DNA from: an uncultured Candidatus Bathyarchaeia archaeon
Lineage (GTDB): Archaea > Thermoproteota > CALKCG01 > B24
Assembly (NCBI GenBank): GCA_964463005.1
Contig: CAYWZZ010000007.1
Location: 5,054 to 69,053, forward strand
Reading direction: 5' to 3'
DNA: 64,000 nt
In this document: positions 1 to 10,047 of the stretch, in pieces
How positions within the stretch are numbered: position 1 is the stretch's first letter
How the letters are laid out: the number at the start of each line of letters is the position of its first letter
The notes under the pieces: generated by a model
The model's database searches: none
The model's input: only the letters and a program-made list of their open reading frames with translations
Told to the model about the DNA's origin: nothing
Program-made: the position numbers and the translations under genes

Positions 1-413
1 TAGCTTACACCTCTACCTATAAGCCTATCTTCGCCTTTAACGTTCAACTTATTCCTCCTAGCGCCCATGGCGAGTATTACAGCATCCGCTAAAACTTCAA
101 CCCCACTCTCCGTCTTCAACTTGAAGACAGCCCCATCCTTATGCAACTCTAAAACGTCCTCCTCAATAACTTCTACGTTTTTAGACTTGACTTGCTCTAG
201 TCCAATTTCAAGAAGTTTAACTCCTTTAATAGGGCCCAATACGCCGAAGTAGTCGTCTATACGTGCATACCTTAAAGAGCTCCCGCTTGGTTTACCTATT
301 AAGAGAACATTCATCTTACGTTTAGCAACCGTTATCGCAGCCTGCATCCCCGCAGGTCCGCATCCGATCACCGCAATGTCTACTCTCCTGACATTATCCA
401 CAGACCCTATCAT
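1..413 (-). CDS. FAD-dependent pyridine-nucleotide-disulfide oxidoreductase (thioredoxin-reductase-like), N-terminal part; gene runs off the left edge
   Basis: Hand translation of the minus strand from ATG at 413-411 gives MIGSVDNVRRVDIAVIGCGPAGMQAAITVAKRKMNVLLIGK...AVILAMGARRNKLNVKGEDRLIGRGVS. It has the GxGxxG dinucleotide-binding motif and a TrxB-like layout. It is absent from the ORF track because it is open at the window edge. Confidence 0.6.
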   Translation of the reverse strand, partial: MIGSVDNVRRVDIAVIGCGPAGMQAAITVAKRKMNVLLIGKPSGSSLRYARIDDYFGVLGPIKGVKLLEIGLEQVKSKNVEVIEEDVLELHKDGAVFKLKTESGVEVLADAVILAMGARRNKLNVKGEDRLIGRGVS

Positions 414-481
414 ACGATTCTCTAAATGTGAGAAGAGGTATAAATGTATTCTAGAAAAGCTACAGTTTACCACATATGATA

Positions 482-1405
482 TTATGGATATTTCACGTAG
501 CTCGTTATCTTACGCTGTCTCGTATCACCTCTTAGACTTATTACATACTTTATAAGATCCTCAACGCCGTTAAAACTAAGCCTTAAAAGGGCTCTGAAAT
601 ACCAATCTCGACATTTGAGACCGGCGAGTATGCTACCTGAAACAACGGCTTTATTCAAATCTTTAGTGAGCATGTATCCTGCTAGGAATCCTCCACACCA
701 TACATCTCCGGCGCCAGTTACATCAACAGTTTCACCGGGTAGTTTCGTCAATGCAGGTATAAGTGTTATATCGTCATCTCTTTTAACCACAGCTCCAAGC
801 TCTCCCAAAGTCACTATTAACGTTTCTGCTTCAAGCTTCGCTACTGCTCTAGGCAGGTCTTTCAAACCAGTTAAAGCATAGGCTTCAGACTCATTCAGTA
901 CGAAGAAGTCTGCTTTCTTAGCTATCTCCCTTAAAGTGCTTAAAGTGCTCTTACGGATGTACCCAATCCACGTGTTAACGGATATCAACGTTTTCGGACT
1001 CACTCTTCTAATAAAGTCTATTGTTTTTAGGGCCTTTTTGGGAGGTATGGGTGCTAAGTGGAGGATCGTTTTATCTCCAAGCCAGCTAACCGGTATCTGA
1101 GAATACTTTATATACGCTCCAGTTCCTATCTTAACCTCCAAGTAATCTGCCTTCCAATCCTCATCATACTTTATTGTGAAGCTCGTCGAAGGTTTGGATG
1201 AGACCCTTATGCCTTTAAGGTTAAAATACCGTAGAACATCCATATAGGCGTAGTCTTTACCTATACACGTCACCAAGTCTACGTTTCTAACTAAAGTTCT
1301 AGCAGCTATAGCCGTGTAGAGAGCAGCTCCTCCAGGTTGACGATTTTCACCTTTAACCGTTATAACCCTATCAACTGAAACATGTCCCACAACTACAATC
1401 CTCAA
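482..1405 (-). CDS. PfkB/ribokinase-family carbohydrate kinase
   Basis: 307-aa ORF. It has an N-terminal GG motif (QPGGAALYTA) and the C-terminal anion-hole motif VDVTGAGDVWCGGFLAGY typical of the PfkB family. Confidence 0.75.
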   Translation of the reverse strand: MRIVVVGHVSVDRVITVKGENRQPGGAALYTAIAARTLVRNVDLVTCIGKDYAYMDVLRYFNLKGIRVSSKPSTSFTIKYDEDWKADYLEVKIGTGAYIKYSQIPVSWLGDKTILHLAPIPPKKALKTIDFIRRVSPKTLISVNTWIGYIRKSTLSTLREIAKKADFFVLNESEAYALTGLKDLPRAVAKLEAETLIVTLGELGAVVKRDDDITLIPALTKLPGETVDVTGAGDVWCGGFLAGYMLTKDLNKAVVSGSILAGLKCRDWYFRALLRLSFNGVEDLIKYVISLRGDTRQRKITSYVKYP

Positions 1406-1783
1406 ACACTTCAGTCTCCTGAAAGTTACCGCGTTAAGTCTTATTCACAAATTCTTAGATGAACCCCTATAGATAAGCGTACTTTTTAGTTTTTTAGAGT
1501 TTATCTTCAGCTTTTTCACCTACGTTATCTGAACACTACTACTCCGTCGAATACGGTTATATAGTCGAAATCAGCTCCTATGGACTTTGAAGCCTTCTCT
1601 TTCTCTATGCTACTTGCAGTTTCAGTAGAACTCGTCGTTTTTATACTGAAAAATGACCCCTATGGTAACTACATCCCACGTCCAAGCAGCTCTCTAACGT
1701 TATGAGGCCCTTGTCTCAATACTCCATCATCGCCTTCCAATCCCACTAGACATGTTATACGCGATGAAGTGAGGAAGTTTGGG

Positions 1784-1843
1784 AAAAACGGGGCAGAACA
1801 TGGAGAAAATCCATAGAAAATATAATGGAGAAAACTAGAGGGG
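1784..1843. repeat. Copy A of a 60-bp repeat (51-bp perfect core at 1784-1834); the inverted partner is at 57609-57668
   Basis: AAAAACGGGGCAGAACATGGAGAAAATCCATAGAAAATATAATGGAGAAAA is the exact reverse complement of 57618-57668. One mismatch follows, then 8 more identical bases. It lies in a 720-bp gene-free gap. Confidence 0.9.
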
Positions 1844-2125
1844 GGTGAACAGGCAAAATCCCTACAAGTTTTAACCTACTCATCAGACATTTAAAAGATA
1901 TTTCCGAACAGGTTAAGCAGATTGTGGATGATGAAGTCGTGGACTTGAAATCGGATACATCTATAACCGTGGTAGTAAGCTTAGTCTTGGCTTAGAATTC
2001 ATCTAAAAACTTCAACAATTATCGTTATAAAGTGATCCATTTCATAGAAGATGGAGAAAATAGGGGGAATATCGGGGAACCTCCAATAGTTATATGAGTG
2101 TGTTTTTAAACATCATAGCATCTAA

Positions 2126-2794
2126 ATGAATAATGTGATCGGTTTGAAAGTGTTTGACGTGGAATGTAGAGTTTTAGATTTAAGTCTTAAACTTTATCCT
2201 AGTAAGGAGGAGCGTAGGCTTGAAATTAGAAGGTTCAGCTATATCGCTGGAGAATACATGCACGATATAGACACTATGAGTCACATAGGTACGCACGTTG
2301 AATGCCCATCCCACTACGTAAACGCTAGGTATGGTGTTGACGGTGCAGATATCTCTAAAATCCCGGTTGAAGTGTTTCTAGGTGAAGCTGTTTTCGTAGA
2401 CTTATCCCATAAGTCTGCCCGTGAACCTGTAACAGTTGAAGACCTTGAAAAAGCTGGCGTACGGGAGGGAGATATAGTTCTCATAGGTAACAGTCGTTTT
2501 AAAGGTGAGGATAGCCCTTATATTTCACCTGAAGCCGCTGAATGGCTTGCTGAGAATAAGGTTAAAATGGTCGGCTTTGACGGCTCCGTTCAAGTTGAAG
2601 CACCTGGAAACACCAGCTCTCTTGAGCTCATGGCGACACACGACTACTTACTCTCAAACAACATCCCCATAATAGAAAGGTTGTGCAACTTAGATAAGCT
2701 TAGAAAGCGTAGATTCCTATTCATAGGAATACCCGTGAATATAGTTGGATTAGATTCATTTCCAATAAGAGCTGTTGCGTTAGAGCCTGTGTGA
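2126..2794 (+). CDS. Putative cyclase / kynurenine-formamidase-like metal hydrolase
   Basis: 222-aa ORF with the HxGTHx(D/E)xPxH signature (HIGTHVECPSH) of the putative cyclase family. Confidence 0.65.
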   Translation: MNNVIGLKVFDVECRVLDLSLKLYPSKEERRLEIRRFSYIAGEYMHDIDTMSHIGTHVECPSHYVNARYGVDGADISKIPVEVFLGEAVFVDLSHKSAREPVTVEDLEKAGVREGDIVLIGNSRFKGEDSPYISPEAAEWLAENKVKMVGFDGSVQVEAPGNTSSLELMATHDYLLSNNIPIIERLCNLDKLRKRRFLFIGIPVNIVGLDSFPIRAVALEPV

Positions 2795-2834
2795 AGACTG
2801 GTTAGGCTTATTAATGTACCTGCACGTTCTATAG

Positions 2835-3953
2835 GTGGGTTTAAACTTGAATCCACGTGAGAGGATATTAGCCGTTTTTGAGAGGAAACCTAGGGATAAA
2901 ATACCTTGGAATATTAGACCAGAGTTCTGGTACGTGTACAATAAGGCTAAGGGCACCCTCCCGGCTAAGTACGCGAATAAAGACATAGCAGAGATATGTG
3001 AAGAGTGGGGTGCGAGTTGGAGGTGCTACTCCGGGTATTTTGTAGAAAGCTTTGTAAAGGTATGGTATGAGGTGGATGTGGAGTTTAAAACGAGACGCAA
3101 CGGCAACCTGATAACGACTGAGATCAAAACACCTAAGGGTGTGCTTAGAGAAGTATCCATGCTTGGAGAGCTTGGGCTATCCTCTAGACTCGTCGAATAT
3201 CCGGTTAAAAGTTTGGAGGATTTTAAGCCTCTACGCTACATCCTTGAAAGCGTTAGGGTGGAGTTTGATTGGAAGGTGTATGAGAGTATGAAGCTTAAGA
3301 TTAGAGACCGCGGTGTACTCTGGTGTTTCTTCCCCCGTTCACCCCTACAAGCACTATTCATAAGCTACATGGGTGTTGAAAGAACTATACGATTCCTATT
3401 CAGATACAAGAGCGAAGTTGAAGGTTTAATGGAGGATATTAAGGCATCCAATGACAAGTTTTACGAAGTCTTAGCCCACTCTCCAGTTGAAATATTGAAC
3501 TTAGGTGAGAACATAGACTCTCGAATAACGTCGCCTAGGCTTTTTGAGAAATACTGTGTACCTTACTATCAAGAGAGGAGCGATTACTTGCATAAACATG
3601 GCAAGTACGTTCACATCCACGTGGATGGATGGGCTAAACCGATCCTACCGCTTCTAAGGGAAACTAGATTAGACGGTGTAGAAGCTCTAACAGTTGAACC
3701 AGTAGGAGACATAACACTTGAAGATATCAAGAAAGCCCTCGGAGATGGAATGGTTCTATTAGATGGAATACCATTCATATTCTTCATACCGGAGGCGATA
3801 AGCTTGGAGAAATTCGATAAATTCGTCGAGAAGATAATATCGATGTTCCCGGACAACTTAGTATTGGGTATTTCCGACGAGCTACCTCCACCGTCTGATG
3901 AAGGCAGAGTTAAAAGAGTCTCTGAGATAATCGATCGAACCTTTAAACGTTAA
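2835..3953 (+). CDS. Uroporphyrinogen-decarboxylase (URO-D)/MtaA-like family protein, paralogue 1
   Basis: 372-aa ORF. Its size and layout match the other two paralogues: N-terminal RERILAVFERKPRDKIPW, a central HIHVDG motif and a C-terminal (GI)SDELPP. It resembles URO-D/methylcobamide methyltransferase-fold proteins. Confidence 0.55.
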   Translation: MGLNLNPRERILAVFERKPRDKIPWNIRPEFWYVYNKAKGTLPAKYANKDIAEICEEWGASWRCYSGYFVESFVKVWYEVDVEFKTRRNGNLITTEIKTPKGVLREVSMLGELGLSSRLVEYPVKSLEDFKPLRYILESVRVEFDWKVYESMKLKIRDRGVLWCFFPRSPLQALFISYMGVERTIRFLFRYKSEVEGLMEDIKASNDKFYEVLAHSPVEILNLGENIDSRITSPRLFEKYCVPYYQERSDYLHKHGKYVHIHVDGWAKPILPLLRETRLDGVEALTVEPVGDITLEDIKKALGDGMVLLDGIPFIFFIPEAISLEKFDKFVEKIISMFPDNLVLGISDELPPPSDEGRVKRVSEIIDRTFKR

Positions 3954-4006
3954 GGTCTCTTAAAATGCGATAAGCCTTTAAATGGGGAAATATAGAACTA
4001 TGGTGT

Positions 4007-5267
4007 GTGAGCTATTCTATGAGTAGGGAGAAGTTAGCCCTTTATGGAGGTAAGCCTGTACGCGATAAGCCTCTACCTCCGATGTTTCCAGGAGCAACGT
4101 TCATAGATGCTGAAGAGGAAAAAGAGGTTTTAAAAGCTCAATCACTATTTAGGTATTATGGACCTAAGTTTCTAGGTAAAACTGAGAAGTTTGAGAAAGC
4201 TTTTGCCGACTACATAGGTGTTAAACATGCGTTAGCCGTGAGCTCAGGTACCGGAGCTTTATGTACAGCTTTAGTAGCAGTAGGCGTCGGACCAGGGGAT
4301 GAAGTGATAATACCCGGTTTCTCTTGGATAATGGACGCTATGGCTGTACTGTTTTTAAGAGCAATACCCGTGATAGCTGAGATCGATGAGACGTTATCGG
4401 TAGACCCTGAAGACCTTGAAAGAAAGATATCCGATAAGACGAAAGCTGTAATAGCCGTACACATGAGGGGTTTTCAATGTGACATGAACCGTATAAGGAA
4501 AGTAGCTACTGAGCACGGTGTTAAAGTGGTGGAAGACGTGGCTCAAGCATGTGGCGGCTCATACAAGGGTAGAAAACTCGGGTCTATAGGAGACGTAGCA
4601 GCATTCAGTTTTTCAGCTTAACAAAGCCATAACTGCTGGTGAAGGTGGAGCTGTTACCACAAACGACGATGACGTATACATTAAAGCCGCAGTCTTCCAC
4701 GATGCCCCATTCTACCTGAGGTTTGGAGCTGAACCTAGCCTAGGGCTCAATTTTAGGCTTAATGAGGTTTCAGCGGCAATACTATTAGCTCAGCTTCGTA
4801 AAATAGATAGCATAATCTCTAGAATGAGGAGGCGTAAAGCCAACATAGTTAAAGCATTATCCGAACTAGACGGGATAGAAGTTCATAAGCCTGTAGACCC
4901 TCAGGGCGATATAGCCGTAGCTGTTGTGATTTTCCTAGAAAGCTTTGAAAAAGCCGAGCTTTTCGCTAGAGCCTTAAACGCCGAGAATATAGGTGCTTGG
5001 CATCTATTCAATCCAAACAGGAAGGACCTTCACGTATACTACCACTGGGATACGGTTATGAATAAGCTCTCCTTTGCCTCTAAAGGTTGTCCATATGCTT
5101 GCCCACTCTACGGTAAATCCATAGAGTATAGTAGAGAGATGTGCCCAAAGACTTTGAAAATCCTAGGTAGAGCTATCAACATAGACGTAAGCCCCCTCCT
5201 CACAGATGAAGATGAAGCTTCAATAATAGAGGGCGTTGAGAAGGTAGCTAAGGCAATCCTACGATAA
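4007..5267 (+). pseudogene. DegT/DnrJ/EryC1/StrS-family PLP aminotransferase, split by a +1 shift in a T5 run
   Basis: ORFs 4007-4621 and the frame containing 4824-5267 join if one T is removed from TTTTT at 4609-4613. The joined reading is ...AAFSF-QLNKAITAGEGGAVTTND..., which restores the conserved PLP-lysine block. This may be an assembly error. Confidence 0.75.
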
Positions 5268-6530
5268 ACCGATATAGTCTCTGTTTTCTGCATAGACAAC
5301 CCGCCCCCTAACAATGGTCAAGAGCACTCTAAGCTTTCTATCTAAAACAACCAAATCCCCATCAAAGCCGGATGCTATAAAACCCTTCCTATTTGAAACG
5401 CCTAAGAGTTTAGCCGGTATACTGCTAGCCATGAGTAAAACCTCCTTCATTGGATACCCTATACTTCTCATAAATCTAACGGTGTCAATCATGGATATTG
5501 TTGTACTAGCGAAGGAACGCATATCACGCGTGTAGGATATACCATCTTTGATCACGACCTCAGAGCCGTATGTATTTGAGCCCAGCTTATATATTCCATC
5601 AGGCATACCCGCCGCCCTCATAGCATCTGTGACAAGACATAACCTTCTAAAACCCTTGGTTTTCAAAGCCAAACGTACGAGAATCGGGTGGACGTGCCTC
5701 CCATCGGCTATTATCTCAGCCATTACACCATCCAAAACTAAAACGGATTCTAAAGCTCCAGGTATCCTATACGGTCCACGTTTAAACGAAATGCCTAAAG
5801 CATTGTATAAATGGGTTGTATGCCTTAATCCTACATCATAGGCTTTAACCATAACATCATATGGAGCATTTGAATGCCCTATGCTAACTACAATGTTCCT
5901 GCTGGAGAAGGCTTTAACGGCTTCAATTCCACCTGAAACCTCCGGCGCTATCGTGACCCTTCTGATGACGTCAGCATACTCTAAAAACGATCTTACGAGT
6001 TCTACAGTAGGTGTCTGTAGAAATTCTACCGGATGTGCTCCACACATCTCAGGGTTTAAAAATGGCCCTTCTAGATGCAACCCAAGTATTTCAGCCCCAC
6101 CTGTAAAAACGTTTGAAAGCTTTCTAGAAGTCTCCAGAACTTTAAACGTATAATCTACAGGTGAAGATAATATTGTAGCTAAGAGTGAAGTTGTTCCACC
6201 ACGTACGTGGTATTTACAAACCTCATTAAAGGCTTCAACGCTTCCGTCTGCAAAATCATAGCCTCCACCCCCATGAACGTGAACGTCTATAAAACCCGGT
6301 ACGCATATTCCGTCGTTGAATCTGAGGACTGTTGCATCTTTAGACTTTTCAAAATCATCGCCCACATAACTTATCTTACCATTTTTCAAAACCACAATAC
6401 CATTTCTAATCAAGGTGTTCGGGGTGTAGATTCTTCCAGCTCTTATCGCTAAGACCACGTAGCTTAGGAAATACTCATCACCTTTAAAAATTTTCGGAAT
6501 ACCACAGGTCTTTGAGAGTAAAAGCTTCAA
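5259..6530 (-). CDS. nagA: N-acetylglucosamine-6-phosphate deacetylase
   Basis: 423-aa ORF with GFIDVHVHGGGGYDF and the downstream amidohydrolase His/Asp blocks typical of NagA. The true start may be internal. Confidence 0.75.
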   Translation of the reverse strand: MKLLLSKTCGIPKIFKGDEYFLSYVVLAIRAGRIYTPNTLIRNGIVVLKNGKISYVGDDFEKSKDATVLRFNDGICVPGFIDVHVHGGGGYDFADGSVEAFNEVCKYHVRGGTTSLLATILSSPVDYTFKVLETSRKLSNVFTGGAEILGLHLEGPFLNPEMCGAHPVEFLQTPTVELVRSFLEYADVIRRVTIAPEVSGGIEAVKAFSSRNIVVSIGHSNAPYDVMVKAYDVGLRHTTHLYNALGISFKRGPYRIPGALESVLVLDGVMAEIIADGRHVHPILVRLALKTKGFRRLCLVTDAMRAAGMPDGIYKLGSNTYGSEVVIKDGISYTRDMRSFASTTISMIDTVRFMRSIGYPMKEVLLMASSIPAKLLGVSNRKGFIASGFDGDLVVLDRKLRVLLTIVRGRVVYAENRDYIGLS

Positions 6531-6701
6531 ATTTAGATGCAGGTTTAAACTTTACTAGTCTCTTGAGTGTTCTTCTACCGTATAAATGTATATACTCTTC
6601 TCATTAAATGATCGAATTAAGTTAAAAACACATATCTTCGAAGTCTTTTTAAACTAGCCTCCACCTCCAAACTTCTATATCGTAGAAAACGCCTATAGAA
6701 G

Positions 6702-6890
6702 ATGATGAAACACAGCGAAGCCGAAGCCCTATCCAAATGTCATGGAGAGTTGGTGTTTAAAAGAATCATCATCTTCATAGATAAGCCTTATAGAGAATAC
6801 AGGTGTAGTAAATGTGATAAATGGGTCTATCTACCAGATGCATCGGACACGGATGAGAAATTCTGCTTTGAAACGCAGATAAGAATATGA
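6702..6890 (+). CDS. Small Cys-containing hypothetical protein
   Basis: 62-aa ORF in the gap between nagA and mgtA. It has a possible C-H...CxxC zinc knuckle (KCHGE...CSKCDKW). There is no other support. Confidence 0.2.
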   Translation: MMKHSEAEALSKCHGELVFKRIIIFIDKPYREYRCSKCDKWVYLPDASDTDEKFCFETQIRI

Positions 6891-6934
6891 ATTTTGGACA
6901 ACTATTAAAGGGTTTAAAGGATAATATTATAACG

Positions 6935-9931
6935 CTATAACATCGTTAAAATCCTCTCACACTTTGAATTGAGCTTACCGTATTTGCTTCGAACGTAGGA
7001 GCTGATTATCCGCCAATCTTCCAACATTTTAGGTAGAAACTCTTTCACCACGTATGTTTCTACATAGTCTTCGAGTGATTTTTCCCGTTTAATGGTTCTT
7101 TTCCTCCAGTCAAAGGTTACCAGCCCAGCCCGACGTAGATGATTTAGACAGTTGAAGACCTGCTCTAGGCTGATAGAGTAGTCTATAGTGTTTCTCAAAT
7201 CTTCGATTAAGGATTCTATTGAAATTTCATCTTCAGGTCTTAGACACACAACGGCTACTGTGTTCTGAATAAGTCTCACGGTTTTACTCATGTAAATCCC
7301 AATCCTTCTAGGCGACAGTAGGAACTGCTCTAAGCGATAGCCATACTTCTTGTAAAACAGGCTTTTGATCAGCTCCGCTAGAGCTAAGTAGGAGCCAAGG
7401 ATGACAGCTAGGGCTATGAAGAATGTTGGAGGGGGCTTTACAAACCTAAAAATCGCTCCTATAGGTGTATAAGGTAACACAGACGCAAAGGCGATTATAG
7501 CTATGTTGTTTAGAAGCAGTAGTTTACTTGGGCGGCTCTTCCAGAATGGCGACTTCCTAGTTCTAATGACGAATATCACCAGTGTTTGGGAGACTAAAGA
7601 TTCGATAAACCATGCCGTTTGAAACAGTTGTTCGGGAGCATTAAATACGAACAGCATTGTGAAAAATGTTAAGAAGTCGAAAAGAGAGCTTACTGGACCC
7701 AAGCATATCATAAATAGTCTGATAAACTGTACATCCAATTTCTTCGGCTTCTCGATGTATTCAAGGTCAACTTCATCCGTCGGTATTGCCGATTGTGAGA
7801 GGTCGTAGAGAAGATTATTAAGCAGTATCTGTATTGGAAGCATGGGTAGAAACGGTAGGAATAACGATGCGATTGCCACGCTGAGCATGTTTCCAAAGTT
7901 TGAGCTTACACCCATCATTATATATTTCATCGTATTGCCGAACGTCTTCCTACCCTCTAAAACACCATCGTAGAGCACAGTTAAATCCGTCTTTAGAAGT
8001 ATAATGTCAGCAGATTCTTTTGCAACGTCAACGGCATTATCCACAGATATTCCAACGTCGGCACTCTTAAGCGATGGTGCATCGTTTATCCCATCACCTA
8101 GAAAACCTACGACATGACCATTATTCTTTAAAGCATTTATTATACGGTCTTTCTGCGCCGGTGTTACTCTGCAGAATACGTTCGCCTCTTCAACGACTCT
8201 TGCAAGTGCGTCATCACTCATCTGAGCTATTTCTCCCCCAGTAACGACTCCTCTAACTTCAAAGCCTAAGTATTCACAAACCTTTCTAGTCACCAGTTCA
8301 TTATCACCTGTAAGTATTTTCAACTCTACACCTGCATTCTTCAAAAGTTGAAGCGACTTCTTTGCCGTCTCCTTTGGAGGGTCAAGGAAGGCTATGAAAC
8401 CGAGGAAAACCATTTCATTCTCATCGTTGGCAGAGTATACGGCTTTCTCTACCTTTAAACGTTTATAAGCTACGGCTAAAACCCTAAAGCCTTCCGCACT
8501 TAGTTCAACGTACTTCTGCTTAATTTTCTGCTGTATCTCATCCGTCACGTCCATTATAATGTCTTTAATTTCACAGTATGAGCATATTTTCACAATTTCT
8601 TCGGGAGCACCTTTAGTGATCATAAACCGTTGTTTTTGATGATCGACTATTATGGATAAGCGTTTACGTACAAAATCAAACGGAATTTCATCCACCTTCG
8701 TATAATCCTTTATATCTATGTTTCTAAACGTAAGTACGGCTTCATCAATGGGACTTTTCAACCCAGTTTGAAAGTAGCTGTTGAGATATGAATATAGTAA
8801 TACCTTCTCGTTTTCCTCCCCATTAACGTCCACATAAAGCACAAGCTTTATCCTATTTTCAGTTAAAGTCCCGGTTTTATCCGTACATAGAACGTCCATA
8901 TTTCCAAAGTTCTGTATAGAAGCTAAACGCTTTACGATAACGCCTTTCTTAGCCATTGCGATCGCACCTTTGGAAAGGTTTACTGAAACTATCATCGGCA
9001 AAAGCTCCGGAGTCAAACCTACAGCTAAAGCCACTGCAAAGAGAAGCGATTCAAGTACACTACGCATGTAGAGGGCATTGATGAAAAAGACGAATAACAC
9101 TAGGAAGAAGGTAACCTGTATTATCATATAACCGAAGCTTCTAATCCCCCTTTGAAACTCCGTTTCCGGCTCTTTCGCCGCAAGTTTAACAGCAATTCTC
9201 CCATATTCTGTCAAACTCCCGGTTTTAACTACAACTGCCGTTGCAGTTCCACTTACAACGGAAGTGCCCATGAAGAGGTAGTTGCTCCACTCTGTGATTG
9301 AAGGCTCGTAGGATTTTAAAGGCGTAGCTTTTTTCTCAACAGGGAAAGACTCGCCAGTTAATGCAGACTGATCTATGAACAAGTCTTTTGCATTTATCAC
9401 GCGTGCATCTGCAGGTACTATATCCCCTGCTGAGAGATATATTACATCGCCGGGGACTATCTCAGACAACTTCACTTCACGTTTAACACCATCTCTTAAT
9501 ACAGTAGCCGTAATGGCTACCCTCTGCTTCAGCATTTCAGCTGCTTTTTCAGCTTTAGATTCTTGGTAAAAGTCTAAGAGAACACTGGCGAATACTATTA
9601 AGAATATTATAGCGGCATTTACAGTTTCCCCGAAAAAGCCTGAAATCAATCCAGCGACTAATAGTATGATTAGTAAGGGGCTTCTAAAGTGGGAGAGAAA
9701 CTCTATAAAGGCAGTTCGCTTCTTCCTCTTGGCAAGTTCATTATAACTGAAGATTTTTAAACGTGCTTCAGCCTCATCGGATGAAAGCCCAGATAAAGAC
9801 GTCTTTAAACGCGAGAGAAGCTCATCTATAGGTAACGTTAAAATCTCAGTTGAACTTGGCAAAGTCCAACTGGTAACTCCGCCCGTCGTAGATGTTTCTC
9901 TGTTTCGGTTGTGCATCTTCACAAACCCCAT
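6935..9931 (-). CDS. mgtA: Mg2+-importing P-type ATPase (MgtA type) with a ~132-aa extra C-terminal domain
   Basis: 998-aa ORF with TGES, CTDKTGTLT, LTGDN and GDGINDAP motifs, plus the MgtA-typical TM block PFLPMLPIQILLNNLLYDLSQSAIPTDEVD. The conserved end of the ATPase (...LFYKKYGYR) is followed by a further 132 aa. Confidence 0.85.
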   Translation of the reverse strand: MGFVKMHNRNRETSTTGGVTSWTLPSSTEILTLPIDELLSRLKTSLSGLSSDEAEARLKIFSYNELAKRKKRTAFIEFLSHFRSPLLIILLVAGLISGFFGETVNAAIIFLIVFASVLLDFYQESKAEKAAEMLKQRVAITATVLRDGVKREVKLSEIVPGDVIYLSAGDIVPADARVINAKDLFIDQSALTGESFPVEKKATPLKSYEPSITEWSNYLFMGTSVVSGTATAVVVKTGSLTEYGRIAVKLAAKEPETEFQRGIRSFGYMIIQVTFFLVLFVFFINALYMRSVLESLLFAVALAVGLTPELLPMIVSVNLSKGAIAMAKKGVIVKRLASIQNFGNMDVLCTDKTGTLTENRIKLVLYVDVNGEENEKVLLYSYLNSYFQTGLKSPIDEAVLTFRNIDIKDYTKVDEIPFDFVRKRLSIIVDHQKQRFMITKGAPEEIVKICSYCEIKDIIMDVTDEIQQKIKQKYVELSAEGFRVLAVAYKRLKVEKAVYSANDENEMVFLGFIAFLDPPKETAKKSLQLLKNAGVELKILTGDNELVTRKVCEYLGFEVRGVVTGGEIAQMSDDALARVVEEANVFCRVTPAQKDRIINALKNNGHVVGFLGDGINDAPSLKSADVGISVDNAVDVAKESADIILLKTDLTVLYDGVLEGRKTFGNTMKYIMMGVSSNFGNMLSVAIASLFLPFLPMLPIQILLNNLLYDLSQSAIPTDEVDLEYIEKPKKLDVQFIRLFMICLGPVSSLFDFLTFFTMLFVFNAPEQLFQTAWFIESLVSQTLVIFVIRTRKSPFWKSRPSKLLLLNNIAIIAFASVLPYTPIGAIFRFVKPPPTFFIALAVILGSYLALAELIKSLFYKKYGYRLEQFLLSPRRIGIYMSKTVRLIQNTVAVVCLRPEDEISIESLIEDLRNTIDYSISLEQVFNCLNHLRRAGLVTFDWRKRTIKREKSLEDYVETYVVKEFLPKMLEDWRIISSYVRSKYGKLNSKCERILTML

Positions 9932-10047
9932 CTCTCTAAGTCGCTTTTAAACCGAATTTACATCTAAGCGATTGAGCACAACGCAGTATTATAAGAGTTT
10001 CCACTAGCACTATAGAATGGCTTAAGGTAGGGGGTAGCATATTTTGA

